DNA of 56,407 nucleotides, the filler included, from Streblomastix strix (taxonomy: Eukaryota): assembly GCA_008636045.1 (NCBI GenBank). It is 2 parts of 2 records of this genome, joined end to end, with 100 filler letters (N's around TTAATTAATTAA, not from the genome) between each part and the next. Parts side by side here need not be neighbours in the genome. Positions count along the whole stretch, not along the records: positions 28,274 to 56,407 come from SNRW01000130.1; 1 more part is not named here. One strand, 5' to 3'. The translations under genes were made by a program, and so were the position numbers. Of this stretch, positions 28,274 through 39,485 are shown one piece after another (the stretch's first letter is position 1; the number at the start of each line of letters is the position of its first letter). A model generated the notes under the pieces. It did no database searches. It was not told where the DNA came from and saw only the letters and a list, made by a program, of their open reading frames with translations.

Positions 28274-31200
28274 AGGGCTGTAACTATTGATGGTGGATTA
28301 ATTTCGAAGAAAGGACTAATCACAGGTTTATTTCTAAAATGATTATTATTCTCATGTTACATTTTAATTCCATATAATCTTAATTCAATCTTGATTAAGG
28401 CGGATCATCTGGGCTCCTCCTTCGTGCTAAACGTTGGGGATTAAAAGAGGCCGAATAAGCAAAAGAAGAAAGAAATAAGATTACAGAAGAAAAAAGAGGA
28501 ATAAATGCCAGAGTTCGTATAAGATTATTTTAATAACTATTCCTATGTTAAATTTATTAAATTTTTAATCATTTTCTTATTCTTATTAGATTCGGCTCCT
28601 TTAAGATTAATTAGCAATAAAGAAAATTGAAAAGAAAGGACAAGAAGAATTGAAAAGTAAATATTTAATTCATAAAATTTTGCATATAAAATAATTTTCA
28701 TACCTTTTATTATTATTTATTCTATTAATATTCTTATCAGCCAATCTAAATGCCGAGCGGAAGATGCTTGAATAGCGAATTGAGATGGTAACAAAAGAGA
28801 AAGATGAGGTTTTGAGAGAATTTCCATCTTTAAGAAGAGAAATAAAAGTTAAAGATAAATAAATTAAAGGAAAAAGATTAACAAAAGGGAAGAGAAGTAT
28901 GAATAAAGATGATGAGGATGAAAATGATGAAGAAGAATAAATTGGATAATAATCATTAGACGACGATGAAGTTATTAATTTAGATAAATAAATCAATAAG
29001 AGATAGGTTGAAATAGATAGTTTGAAGGAAAAGATTTCTCGAGAGGAAAATGATTCATTTGGAGATTTTTGTTCTGTTCGTGAAAAAATAAAATACATAT
29101 ATATATTTTTAATAATAAATTTTCTCTATTTTTTATTTAATAGCGCCTGGGAATTTCTTCAATTGGAGAATTTGAAGCAGCTCAAAGTGAATAATAGTAA
29201 AAGGTAATTTATTTATTACATGAATAAAATATTTGATGATTAACACAATTCTTAAAATTAAATATATTATGCATTATCTAAATTATCCATTAATTATATC
29301 ATCTCATGCATTCTATCAGATTGAGCAGCATCTTCTTGATTTAGATACACAGATATCTAAATTAAATGCAGAAATCAAATTACTCAGTGCCAGGAGCAGT
29401 GATAAGATGATGAAAGGAGTTAAAGATGATGTGCAGAAGAATGAAGAACAGGTTTGTTATTTTAATAACATTTATTATAATAAATTTGTTTTTATTCTTC
29501 AAAATAGTTCAATAAAGCAAATAAACGACTGTAATAAGAATAGGAAAAAATGAATTAATTAGAAGAATAAGCAAAATAACTCTTATAAAATAAAGAAGAA
29601 GTAGAAATTTAATGGAAACTCGCATAAGAGAATTTGATGAAGTTTAATTTGATTTGATTAATTGGAAAATTGAAAAATAAATTAAATTTATAAATTTAAT
29701 GATTAATGAATGATATTTTTGATATTTTTTTTAATATTATTCAGTTCATCTAAGGAGAGAGAAACTCACCATTTTCAACTGAATGAACTCGAATAGAAAA
29801 AAAAGAAAATAGTATTAAATCGTAATAAATGCATTTGTTAATAAATACTTTATTTCTTTATTATTTATTAGGACGGTGAGATTTAAGGTCTTCGCCTGAG
29901 ACGAGAGACATTGTTCACAAATGCTCGATTGGATGATATATAACTTGCATTTATCAAAGGAGAAAAGCCAAAATATATAAAAAGACTTGAAAAATAAGAA
30001 TAGAAGAATAGTTAAGTAAAGAAAAGAAGTAATAAGAAAGGAATATAAATGGATGAAGATGAAGGATCTAATATTGAAGATGATGAGAGTAGTGATGAAA
30101 AAGATTAAAAGAAGTCAAATAAGAAGAAAGATGATTAATTGATTTAGATGAAAGCAAAGAAAAGAACAAGAATTGATGTTGAGAAAGAAAATACAAAAGA
30201 ATAAAAAAAGAAAAGAAAGAACAAAGGATAAGAATAAGATAAGGATAATGGAGTGAAGAAGACTTCAAAGAAAAATTTAAAAGGGAGAAAAAGAATGAGA
30301 AAAGATGAAGAAATTGAGAATGAAGAATAAGATGATGATGAAGATGAAAAAGAAGGGGAAGAAGAAGAATAAGAATCAGAGGATATAGAAAATGAAAATG
30401 ATGAGGATAATACAAATGAAGAAGAAGAAGATTAAAATGAGATTATTTTATACTCAGAGTCATTCAATCCATCTTTATCTTAGATGTCTGGTTCATAATC
30501 TATGCTTATTTCATAATAAGCACAATCACAGGCTGCATAGAAAGAGTAGAATAAGTTAAAATAAAAATAAAAAGAATTGAAAGGAAGAAAAAATTCTGGA
30601 AAAAAAGGAAGAAGAGGAATTAAAGGGAAGGATGAAGATGAAGAATCAAACGATTCTGAGGATGAATAAGATTAAAATACATAGCAAAGTTCTTTAGAAT
30701 AATCTCAGTCATAGATTACTGGATTAGGAAAGATTTTAGTTTAAGAAGGAAGATCAGCTGATGGAGAGGATGAATTTGTGAAGATTGACTTCAGTAAACT
30801 TACATTGAAACAGAAATCAGTATTAATGATATTTTATAAATCATTTGGTATTATAATAATTTATATGTATTGATTCTATATTCAGTTGAATAGCAAAGAT
30901 CTCACTAACAGATTGGACGAACTGCAGAAGTAATTGGTACAAATCAATTTTGATCTATAAAAAATAATGCCAAACATGAAAGCTAGTGAACAATTGGATG
31001 ATGTAAAGAAAAAATTGGAGAGATTGAATGCTGAATTTTAAGATGCAAGAGATAAAGCTAAGAAAAATCAGAAGTTGTTTGAGGATGTATGAAGATAAAT
31101 TAATTTATTATTATATCTCTATAGAATATTTATTCTTTTATTTATCATTTTTTAATATTTTTAGGTTAAAGAAAAAAGGATTACACTTTTTCGTTAGTGT

Positions 31201-32310
31201 TTTGAGCACATATCAAGTTAAATTGGTCATATATATGGATTACTTACACAATAGAGAGATAAAGATGCAAGTGGATCAGAGAGTATAAATATTATTTCTA
31301 CTCTTATATTAATGTATATAATTAATATACAGGTATTTTAGGAGGTGCGCGTGGTGTTGCTATGCTCTCATTGGAGAATGATATTGAACCATATCTGGGT
31401 ATGTACATTATAATTCTTTATTTTGGCATCTCAACATTTCTTATTATTGATACAAAGGGGGAGTTAATATCCACACAATGGCTCCATCAAAGAGATTTCG
31501 TGCATTGGAGCATTTAAGTGGAGGAGAGAAAGCGATTGTAGCTCTTGCCTTTCTTTTTGCATTTAACAGGCATGAGAATATAAAATATATTTAATTATAT
31601 TAATGAATATTATAGAAACAAAAAAAGCCACTGTTATAATATTTCAATTTCTTAATAAATTTCTAAATCTATTATTTTAGCTATAAACCAACACCATTCA
31701 TTCTCCTTGATGAAATAGATGCTGCTCTTGACAATGCTAATGTTGGTGCAGCAGCTTCATATATTAGAATGAGAAGTAGCGGAGATCTTTGGAGGTTTAT
31801 TAAATAGTTTTTAATTTAATTTCATAATCATTTAATATGTTATATTAACTTATTTGATATTTATTATACAGAAATGGTGGAGAAAAAAACGGATTTAATC
31901 AAATTCCACGTCCAATAAAAGAAGAAGAAGATGGAAATGTGAAACAGAAGAAGAAAGGAAAAGGAAAATAAAAAGCTAAAGAAGAATAAGTTTTAAGTCC
32001 ATCTTTAAAAGGACCAAATATGTTCGACAGATTATAATCAGGAGGAGGTGTGAAAATGATTAATGATTGCTTATTCGTATTATAATATATATAATATATA
32101 TTATATATGCTCATATTTTCTTCTTATTATAATGTAGGTCTTACTGCAAATGAAGAAGAGATTGTAGCTGCATCATCTTATCCCCTTCAATGCATAGTTA
32201 TTTCTCTAAAAGGACAATTCTTTGAGCATGCTGATGGTCTTGTTGGCGTTTCACGATCAGCACAGAAAGAGTCTTCAGTTGTTAATTCACTTGATCTTCG
32301 TAAATATTGA
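28274..32310 (+). CDS. SMC1: Cohesin subunit SMC1, 3' half only (5' end lost at the gap)
   Basis: Hinge end [30 protein letters not shown], coiled coil, [108 protein letters not shown] at 32308-32310. Confidence 0.95.
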
Positions 32311-32391
32311 GTAAATAAATATGTTTATTATGGTATATTATTTTATTAAAATGGATATAAATGAAAAATTTCCGTTAACATAAGACTTGTT

Positions 32392-34473
32392 TCAACCGAA
32401 TGAACTGCTTTCTGAGCTTTCCTCACTATTTCCTTCAGTTTTGTCATTTGTAAACTCGCTTTCAATTGGCTCCTCTTCATAGGATCCATCATCTTCATCT
32501 ATTTTAATTTGTTTTATCAAATTAAATTTGTTGGATTTTTTCAATTTTCTTTTATTTTTTTCATTATCAAATATTTCTAATTGTTTATTTTCAGATTCAA
32601 TATCAACTTTATCACTTTTCATAAAATTATTTATTTATTCTTATTTTTTCTTTTTCTTCTTTAGTTTATTACTTCCTCTTTTCTCATTTAAATGTTTAAT
32701 TTTGATTTATAGCTCTGATTTATATTGATCTTCTAATTAATTCAATAGAGATTCTTCTTTTTTTAATTATTTCTATTTCTTTTATTTCTTTATTCTAATT
32801 GATTCTTCTTTATTTTTTAAATCATCTTGTTTCAAATTTGTTTATTCTATTTTCCTAATTACATCTTATTTAATGTTTTTTTTATTATAATCATTTGACA
32901 AAGTAATATTTTCTTTTTCATTGTCTTAACTTTCATTTATGCTTTAATTATCTTGATTATTCTTCTTATTCAAAATTGAATTCATTTTCTTCTTCATCAT
33001 CTCAATTCTATCCTTCGTTGATGAAGGAGAAATAATAATTTGATCTTGTAATTGTTATTGTCGATGTATTTATTATTAATGAGAAATAAAATGTATTTTT
33101 TGTATACTTCTCTCCACGTCATTATTCAATTTCTTTTATCTTTGTTCTTCAATTTCTTATAAAAATGAGGATGAAGATGGAACTATTGGCGAGTTAAATT
33201 ATTCATTATTTGTATTTCTTAATTAATTTTAAGCTTCATTATTTAATGAACTGTTAATTTAATCTTTTTATGCAGATGATAATTTAGATGGATTTTATGG
33301 GAGGAATGAATTATTAATTATATCAACTGGATTTTATTTCGAATAAATATTATAATGATTTTGATAAGATTATTAAGGAGATTAAATTGGTGTATATTAA
33401 TTTGGTGAATGAATGAGTTGAGATTAATTTTGTGTTGAACGAATTGATGAAAATAAATTTGTTTCAAACTTTGGCATAAATTATATATTACTATTTGGTT
33501 CATTTCTTAAAAGTTTTTCTTATTATTAATACTGATCTTCATTCATTTCTTTCAGAATTAATCTCTATAAAAATGTTGACTTTGTATTATAAGATTATTA
33601 AGATTATTAATCAAGTGGGGATTAATGTTATTATTAAGTTAACGAATGTTAATATGGATATGCTTGTGGTGATTCTTCAGATGATTAAGTATAATTATAA
33701 GAAGAAGGAGAGGAATCTTAATGTTAAAATTAGTACGTATATGAATTCTAACCCAATTAATTTGGAATTATACTCTAAATATTGGTATCTATTCCAGTTC
33801 CTTTTATGTTATTTGTAAAATAACTGAATTATTTTTCTTATTCCCGTTAATTAAGAGAGTTCAAGCCTTCAGAATGAATCATATCTAATGTACTATTAAT
33901 AAATTCACCCTATGAATAATTTTAATATTATTTATTATTCTATTGATATTTATTTTCATTTTTTGATTATTAATTCAAGCTATTTACAATATTATCAAAT
34001 TATTAAAGAATTTTCTCTTTATCCAATATTTTATCCTTCTTTTATTCTCTATGTAATGTATTATCTTATGAAATTTAAATGGATGATTAATCCTCTTCTT
34101 AAGAAATTTATTATTCAATAAAAGTAGATTAAGATTCTTATTTGGAATGAGAATCACTCTAAGATTTTGAAATATTCATCTTTTATATATTTCATCCTCA
34201 TTATGCTTTCTATCCTAATTTATGGTCTTTATTCTTATTAATATCCAATTATTCCTTTAATCGAATTATCTCTTCATCTTTCTTCTGAATTATATCTTCA
34301 TTCTTATATAACAAATTTTTATATGCTTATAATTGTGTATATAACGAATCAATCTCTAATTAGTGTTTAATCTACTCTTCTTCAAGTGTCTTACTCATAT
34401 TTTACAATTTCTTCTTTGTTGATTCAAGTTCTTATGAAAATTGAATAAGAACTTATTACATTTTTTCATCCAT
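32392..34473 (-). CDS. Orphan Q/N/S/K-rich ORF (~690 codons) with N-terminal coiled coil, interrupted by two in-frame TGA codons (possible pseudogene or local error)
   Basis: ATG 34473 (MDEKMQQVLIQFSQELESTKKKL). In-frame TGA at 34198-34200 and 34192-34194. The same frame resumes (checked codon by codon to ~33780) and matches track ORF 32392..32622, which ends in TGA at 32392. Confidence 0.6.
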
Positions 34474-34498
34474 CTACAATAAATTATATGATTCTGTG

Positions 34499-34960
34499 AT
34501 AATAAAATAAAATAATGAGTTAATCAAATAAACATATTGTGTGTTATAAATATTTAGTCTTTGAATAAAATATAAATGAATCAGAAATTAATTATAAAAT
34601 TCTTTTTATGAAAAAATTAGAAAAGAAATGATTTGACTGTAAATGAACGCGCGATGGGAAATTCAGTGAGATTGGAGATATTTATTTATTGTTTGTGTGT
34701 TTATATGATGTTACTTTTAATATTCGTTTAAGTTTGTACTGAATGAGCAGGGAAGAATAGCATTTTTTGTTTTGAATTTAATTTAAGATGTTTTTGATGA
34801 TAAAATAGAGTGGTGTTTTAGATATATTTTGAATAAATTTGGCTAAGTATATGATTAGAATAAATATTAAATAGTCTATAAATTTCTGTTCATTTTAAAT
34901 AACACGCAGTACGAGTTTCTTTGAAATAAATTAATTTGTGTTGAATTGTGATTCGTTGAT
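34499..34960 (-). repeat. Upstream module copy 1 (left arm of the long inverted repeat)
   Basis: 34499-34795 reads as the exact reverse complement of 35612-35908. Similarity continues with mismatches to ~34960. Confidence 0.93.
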
Positions 34961-35213
34961 ATGTAGATTTTATTGAATATGAAATAATAAGTAATTAAAT
35001 TAATTTTAGATTAAATTATGTAATTTAATTATATATTTATAAAATAGATAATGTGTAAAAGCCAGCGCAAGTTAAAAAAATTAATCTCTGTGAAAAATTA
35101 TTATTTTGAGTAATACTGTTAATATTTGAGCAGAAAAATTATTTTTAAAATAATAATAATAAATTTATCAAGTAATATTACTATAATACAAAGTTAGAGG
35201 ATATTATTTTTCT

Positions 35214-35908
35214 AACATTGGAACTCGATTTTCACACTGTTTATTTCACAAGTAAAATAATTATCAAATCATTCAAGCAAAGTTAGTTATTACTATATTT
35301 TTTATGTACTATTTATATTATTTAATTCTCGATACGCTGAGAAATTCGTTTCCACATTTAAATCTCGAATTTTAATCTTAAATTAACATCATAGAAGCTT
35401 ACACTTATATTCCAGAATATAAATTAACTTAATATTTTTTATTCAAATCAATGGATCGTAATTTAACACAAATTATATTATTTCAAAGAAACTAGTGCAG
35501 CATATTCCTTGAGATGAACAGAAATTTATAGACTAATTAATATCTATTTTGTGCTTATACTTTGCTAAATTTATTCAAAATATATCTAAAACACCACTTT
35601 ATTTTATCATTAAAAACATCTTAAATTAAATTCAAAACAAAAAATGCTATTCTTCCCTGCTCATTCAGTACAAACTTAAACGAATATTAAAAGTAACATC
35701 ATATAAACACACAAACAATAAATAAATATCTCCAATCTCACTGAATTTCCCATCGCGCGTTCATTTACAGTCAAATCATTTCTTTTCTAATTTTTTCATA
35801 AAAAGAATTTTATAATTAATTTCTGATTCATTTATATTTTATTCAAAGACTAAATATTTATAACACACAATATGTTTATTTGATTAACTCATTATTTTAT
35901 TTTATTAT
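35214..35908 (+). repeat. Upstream module copy 2 (right arm of the inverted repeat, plus an extension shared with copy 3)
   Basis: Contains the cores aatgctattcttccctgctcattcagtac and ctcactgaatttcccatcgcgcgttcatttac. Segment 35214-35460 matches the reverse complement of ~38935-39180. Confidence 0.93.
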
Positions 35909-35951
35909 TAAATTTAATTTTAAAGTATTATTATACAAACAAATTCAAAAT

Positions 35952-36755
35952 ATGAATTATGAGTTGATTAAACGACTTTGGGCCAGTACATTGTAATAAG
36001 CCATTGATAATGAAAAGCGAGTGCAAATAATAAAAGAAGAACAATAAGAAGATGAATTGCACAAAAAAGAAAGCGATTTTCTCACTGAAAAGATCAGAAA
36101 AGCCGAAGATGGTCGAATAATACAAGAGAGAAATGATCTAAATGCTCAAAATGAAGCTAAAGTGGAGAGAAAAAGAATTTAGACAATCACAGTTGGACAT
36201 GAAGAATTCAAGAAGATGGAAAGGGAATAACATACAGCTGATACAATAAGAGATTTTGATAGAAGAATATCTAACTCAAAAAACTTTTACTTAAATTAAC
36301 TATTTTTCACTTCAAATTAAATGCAACGAACTTAATCATTTAGAGATTAATAATTAAACTAACCCAATTTAACTTCATTTCATAAGGTAGGAAATTCCTT
36401 CACTTCACAATCAATACTTATGTAACATGATGATAACAAGCCCATTCCACTTAATATTGATCAGTCTCCAAGTAATTCAATAGAAACAGGGAGAACACCA
36501 CAGCATTCATAAACATCTAATATACAATAAGGATTTGATTACACAACAAATTGTAGGGGAGATTTTTATGAGAAATTAATGCCATATGTCACTGAATTGA
36601 TTGATGGTCTTGATTTTGAGATATAAAGAGAGATGAGTAAATTGTAGATTGAAGATAATCAAGAAATGGAAAAAGATAAGGATAAATAAAAAGATAAAGA
36701 TCGTGAAAAATTCAAAGATAAAGAAAAAGTAAGACAAAAGAGTTTCAATAGTTGA
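35952..36755 (+). CDS. Orphan intronless protein, 267 aa, charged/coiled-coil
   Basis: Fully translated with TAR=Gln: MNYELIKRLWASTLQQAIDNEKRVQ...RGDFYEKLMPYVTELIDGLDFEIQREMSK...RQKSFNS-TGA; 804 nt. No family recognised. Confidence 0.72.
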
Positions 36756-36901
36756 ATAATAAGAATATTATTATTGTTATTCAACAAAATTTATTTTTCA
36801 TTGATGTTTATAATTTTTTCATTATCGTGTGAATATAATAACTAATATTATAGTGAAATGAATTCTATATTTTGTTATTAATCAATTAATGTTGATTTTC
36901 T

Positions 36902-38480
36902 TCAGTATTCATAATCTGACCCTTCTTCTTCATCGTCTGCTTCATCACTTTGTGCAACATGAGATGCAATACTCCTTTCACCTCCTGGTTATCCCTGTGT
37001 TCTAAATAATAATAAAAATGAAATGATTTGTTCATCAAGAAATGAAATATTAATTAATTAATGAGACACACGTCTTCTTTTCTTCAAGTTCAGTAATTTG
37101 AGTTTGGAGGAGATAATGCTGTAGAGTTCCAACTCTGACATTAATCTACTTCAATTCATCCTTAAATAATATATAAATAATTGTTATATTATGTGTAGAA
37201 GCATTTTATAAATAAAAATATCTAAATATCAAATTATTAATAAATACCTATAATTTAGATTAAGACTATTTCAAACGCATGAGAGGTTTTGTATTTGAAA
37301 CAGATTCTCCATAATTTTCCATCTCTGTTTTGATCTGTTCAACTTCATCAGTTGTTTCTGCCAGTTTTGCAGCCATGTCATCAACTTCCTTTCCAAGATC
37401 ACTTACTTACACTGCAACTTCTTTCAATTAACCTGCACTCTCTTTATATTCACCAAGAAGCTGTTTACAATCTTCATTAAAGTACCTCTCACGTGATTCA
37501 ATCTTCTCCATCTCTGATTGTATCTCCTTTGCAACCATATTCAGCTCATTCAATACAACTCTTTTAGATTAACTTAATTTCTGTAATAAATCTTTAATCT
37601 CTTCTAAATGACCGAACCAATCTTTTTATGATAATCCAATTCCTGGACGACGAACTTTTAATTAAGGTGCGACACGTTCAACTTCAGATTGCCATTGAGT
37701 TGGATCAAATCTTGATCTTGGTGCATATGATAAATGAGATTATCGAACTGACTGAGCCAATCCTTAATTAGTACCTCTTCCTTGTTCATCTTCATCTGTT
37801 CCAAATCCTCCTCTTATAATCTTCTTCTTCTTTCCAACTAATGCATCATTATTAGAGGATCCACCTACATTTGCAGGTGGGAGTTGATTTGTAGGATCAT
37901 CATCATCCTCAACTAGATCATCTTCAGGTAATCCATCTTCTTCTTCATCATCTTCTTCATCTTCATTGCCTCGATTCTCTTCTACAATTTCATCTAATTG
38001 ACCATCATTTGGGAAATCGGGTTAAACAGATTAGAAATTAATTCTCCCTAACGCTTCATCACACAAATAATTAATTACCTGACATACTTCATCACCATAT
38101 CCTTATTTAATTTGAACAGGTGTAATATCCTGTGAATATCCTATACGTCTCAATTGAGATACTATTGTAGCAGAAGATGTATTTTCATCATCACCTAATT
38201 AAGGGCGCATTCTTAAATCTTGCCCACATTTCTTGAACAACCATTCAATCAAACTACACATATGAAAGAATTATTCTTGCGGATTACGTTGAGGTGCGGC
38301 AAAATAAAAGCAGTTGAATTACTTGATTCCACTTGTTCGACAAAACTGAGTATCATAATTAAGAGCTTTTAGTTTCTCAAGAGCTGCACCCATAAGAAAA
38401 ATAGAAGATACTCCTTCCTTCCCATCAGAAATATCTCTTTTTTTCCTTTTGTCTTAGCCAACTCCATCAATTTCATCCAT
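36902..38480 (-). CDS. IFT57: Intraflagellar transport protein 57 (IFT57/HIPPI), 2 introns near the 3' end
   Basis: LEKLKALNYDTQF, FYFAAPQRNPQEQFFHMCSLIEWL, IKQGYGDEVCQVINYLCDEAL, acidic linker, WQSEVERVAPQLKV, KDWFGHLE, coiled coil, NTKPLMRLKQ, INVRVGTLQH; TGA at 36902-36904. Confidence 0.94.
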
Positions 38481-38530
38481 CTATAATAATATTTAATTAT
38501 GAATTATATAATTGTGAATAATTTATGATT

Positions 38531-39180
38531 TATAAAAATTTAGTCATTGAATAAAATATAAATGAATCAGAAATTAATTATAAAATTCTTTTTATGAAAA
38601 AATTAGAAAAGAAATGATTTGAATGTAAATGAACGCGCGATGGGAAATTCAGTGAGATTGTAGATATTTATTTATTGTTTGTGTGTTTATATGATATGAT
38701 ATTTAATATTCGTTTAAGTTTGTACTGAATGAGCAGGGAAGAATAGCATTTTTTGTTTTGAATTTTATTTAACATGCCTTTGATGACAAGATAGATTGGT
38801 GCTTTAGGTATATTTTGAATAAATTTGGCTAAGTATATGCTCAGAATAAATATTAAATAGTCTATAAATTTCTGTTCATCTCAAGGAATATGCTGCACTA
38901 GTTTCTTTGAAATAAATTAATTTGTGTCAAATTACGATCCGTTGATTTGAATAAAATATATTAAGTGGATATATATTCTGAAATATAAGTGTGAGCTTCT
39001 ATTATGTTGGTTTAAGATTAAAATTCTAGATTTAATTGTAGAAACGAATTTCTCAGCTTACCGAGAATTAAATAATATAAATAGTACATAAAAAATATAG
39101 TAATAAATGTTTTTGTTCATAACCTTTGATTAATATTTTATTCGAGCAAATGAATAGCAGGAAATTCACGTTCCAATGTT
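38531..39180 (-). repeat. Upstream module copy 3, directly upstream of IFT57
   Basis: Direct-orientation homologue of 34547-34960 and inverted homologue of 35214-35860, with scattered substitutions. Confidence 0.92.
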
Positions 39181-39485
39181 TAAAATTGATCTATTACTTC
39201 CTTTTAATTTTTGATAAATCAATCATTAAAAATTCTCTTTAATTAGATATGAATTCAAAATCAGGCATTAATTAAAATAATCAATTATGTACATTTATTA
39301 GTTCAAAAAACTATAAAATAACTAACAGTAATCTAACAAATTTGGATTAAACTATGTTTACCACAAAGAATTGCTAAATTTTTACCTCATAATCCTAAAT
39401 TAAATTTAAAATTACATAATATTAGTTTTCTATTTACTGTTTTTATAGCTGAAAAGATCAATACACAGCAATAATTACGGGATAA

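Noticed and set aside
34600..34770. Module core as a tRNA or box C/D snoRNA
   Set aside because: I could not find a cloverleaf or a convincing C/D box pair by eye. It remains open to an Rfam scan.
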